Positions 27,301 through 28,249 of a DNA stretch of 28,249 nucleotides are shown here, one piece after another; position 1 is the stretch's first letter, and each line of letters starts with the position of its first letter. This DNA comes from a virus (lineage: Duplodnaviria > Caudoviricetes), in the IMG/VR virus record IMGVR_UViG_3300036984_000053, positions 1 through 28,249 of that record, one strand, 5' to 3'. The notes below the pieces were generated by a model. That model searched no databases and was not told the origin of the DNA. It worked only from the letters and a program-made list of their open reading frames with translations. Both the position numbers and the translations under genes were made by a program.

Positions 27301-27579
27301 GGTAAGTACTCTTTTAATGTAATGTTGCTTGTTAATGGTTTGAGTGCTGATCATTATGGATATTTGATGTTAGAAACAAGCAATAGAACAATAAGTTCAT
27401 ATGTAAAATTCATTGTTGATCAACATAGTTACTCTGTAAATGTCGTAACAGATCTAGACATAAATGACACAGCTTATGCTAGTTTGTTAATTTTAGGTGG
27501 AGCTAAAACTGTTGGTGTTACATGTGGTGGAGCTGCAACATCTCTTTTAACTTGGTTTTCAGGGCATAGGGTAGTTTAA
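24361..27579 (+). CDS. Collagen-like fibre protein with a C-terminal C1q/TNF-like domain
   Basis: GTG start with GAGG RBS; beta-rich repeated N-terminal region; G-X-Y run at about 26494-27145; C1q-like AFLAY...IVFDSELFD...FTAPATGKYSFNV. Confidence 0.8.
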   Translation: MAFQQANLVDNLKYNDNRYLLKGTTAGAQVVSSDVNFTGSISIAGSPLSSLYFLKAEHITTSTGVGDAGKPVKTNVAGVIALSLIENQGATWKLVSPDGLLNPVVYVDNVGDAATIGNLTTAGDLRVDGGNIGLSSDIDLISITNNLVDVSGRIRASGTAASIHIDATGANNPEFVFLHDNVEKARIYTDENDSYKLKITASTWITGNLYISDSGYIGIPSSTALIRLAVGVITLNSSYLIIPNYASIGCVADTDLLGLSNQQLLVNGNIVLDKAISPTITFKVAGVSKTTIYTDSSLSNKLHITSVDSVRLDTNSAGGYYGLEIYSTSCTYPLWIQNPNTVYIGAYITGGLAWGSLLSSFVSYGKNSVGTNVVYSSIETICVSNTSGAHETWFRIKTYNAGAYVYPLAIYGNTVTVNKNTIKGLSQFEVYESGALDATITINQANAGEYDPKISFCLSSIEKASIYVDDSDSDRLKVTTTRLDLGGSLTIEDDGYIGIASSSNLLRLFTNKIEYTYSAGGIWTAPTTGLIINNVDSDLTSPSVINFLEKSVYQGHIQGYSNLTYNTLALVGNDRLLIEATTVVDYYCASQRFRAHDNLNMMLMSDDSSASCYVQLWVEDLDTVNPILHFISPSGFTFGDNISTPAHIQQVKIRNDGWIEAAGFLGSTTQSVYEVIQPEPVTTSPSIIWDPSKEALYCGTTGIGHFVQVSTGGLQGTTGIQGLGVTGLQGQTGIGYGATGLAGPTGPAGAPQGETGLRGETGLRGPTGVGGIGQQGNTGIQGIQGATGLIGATGVKGATGLQGQTGLGQQGTTGVAGMAGIQGTPGNQGQTGVQGATGAQGYTGLGTTGLVGNTGVQGQTGVQGATGLRGPTGSQGITGLGTTGVKGETGVQGFRGYTGLNGELGLQGVTGIGRQGDTGVKGATGVAGINNSCAFLAYPSSNQSNFTGDGSSATIVFDSELFDENSCFSTVTSKFTAPATGKYSFNVMLLVNGLSADHYGYLMLETSNRTISSYVKFIVDQHSYSVNVVTDLDINDTAYASLLILGGAKTVGVTCGGAATSLLTWFSGHRVV
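26494..27145 (+). repeat. Collagen G-X-T/G-X-Q triplet repeat
   Basis: Repeated GxTGxQG with periodic interruptions. Confidence 0.9.
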
Positions 27580-28249
27580 TGGCATTTCCTATATCACCAG
27601 TTGATGGACAACACTATACTTCTGCAGCAGGAGTAAACTATGTCTATGTAGCAGCAACTACATCTTGGGACATAGAGACTGCTAATATTGGTGTAACTGG
27701 AATTCAGGGACCTACTGGTATTCAAGGACCATACGGTCAAACTGGTGTAGCAGGAGCAACTGGTCTAGGTGCAACAGGACTTCAAGGACCAGCAGGTGCT
27801 ACTGGAATTCAAGGTCAAACTGGTGTCATCGGTCCTGCTGGATTAACTGGTGCTCAAGGAGTTCAAGGACTTCAAGGCATCACTGGTCTTCAAGGGATTA
27901 CTGGTCTACAAGGCATCACTGGTTTTCACGGTTTGACTGGTCTCAACTATGGTTCTACTGGTCTACAAGGAGCAACTGGACTTCAAGGACCAGCAGGTGC
28001 TACTGGAATTCAGGGAGTTCTAGGAGCAACTGGTTTAGGTGCTACAGGAGTTCAGGGAATACAGGGAGTAACAGGATTAGGGACTACTGGAATAGCTGGA
28101 GCAACTGGTGTTGCTGGTATGGCTGGAGATCCAGGGTCACCGGGTAATCAGGGTGTGACAGGAATTATGGGTGAGACAGGAATTGGTGCGTTTCCATATA
28201 TCAAATTGACAGGAACATCAGATTCATCTGGATTGACTAGAGTTCCTTA
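27579..28249 (+). CDS. Second collagen-like fibre protein, 3'-truncated by window edge
   Basis: TAATG coupling; MAFPISPVDGQHYTSAAGVNYVY...W N-terminus, then G-X-T/G-X-Q repeats; no stop before the window end. Confidence 0.8.
   Translation, partial: MAFPISPVDGQHYTSAAGVNYVYVAATTSWDIETANIGVTGIQGPTGIQGPYGQTGVAGATGLGATGLQGPAGATGIQGQTGVIGPAGLTGAQGVQGLQGITGLQGITGLQGITGFHGLTGLNYGSTGLQGATGLQGPAGATGIQGVLGATGLGATGVQGIQGVTGLGTTGIAGATGVAGMAGDPGSPGNQGVTGIMGETGIGAFPYIKLTGTSDSSGLTRVP

Noticed and set aside
24361-28249. Diversity-generating retroelement acting on the fibre tips
   Set aside because: No reverse transcriptase and no template/variable repeat pair differing at adenines is visible in the window.

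Overview
A 28.2 kb segment of a tailed dsDNA phage with podovirus-like (P22-type) gene content, in three blocks. (1) 1-6766, + strand: putative internal/ejection proteins and three paralogous tail proteins. (2) 6705-14719, - strand: a nonulosonic-acid (pseudaminic-acid-like) sugar pathway (formyltransferase-GNAT fusion, PseB-like dehydratase, class III aminotransferase, SpsF-like cytidylyltransferase, Gfo/Idh/MocA oxidoreductase, NeuB-like synthase). It is interleaved with a stand-alone RAMP/Cas7-like gene and three non-coding arrays of 5-nt NN-GGY units, each starting just after a stop codon and ending in a GC-rich hairpin. (3) 14961-28249, + strand: TerS, TerL, portal, scaffold, major capsid and decoration protein, then a Maf/DUF115-like putative glycosyltransferase and two collagen-like (G-X-T/G-X-Q) fibre genes. 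The two strongest signals are (a) the RAMP-like gene plus pentamer arrays, a candidate non-CRISPR RNA-guided system, and (b) a candidate phage-encoded system for glycosylating virion fibres with a nonulosonate sugar. All product calls come from motif recognition by eye; no searches were run.
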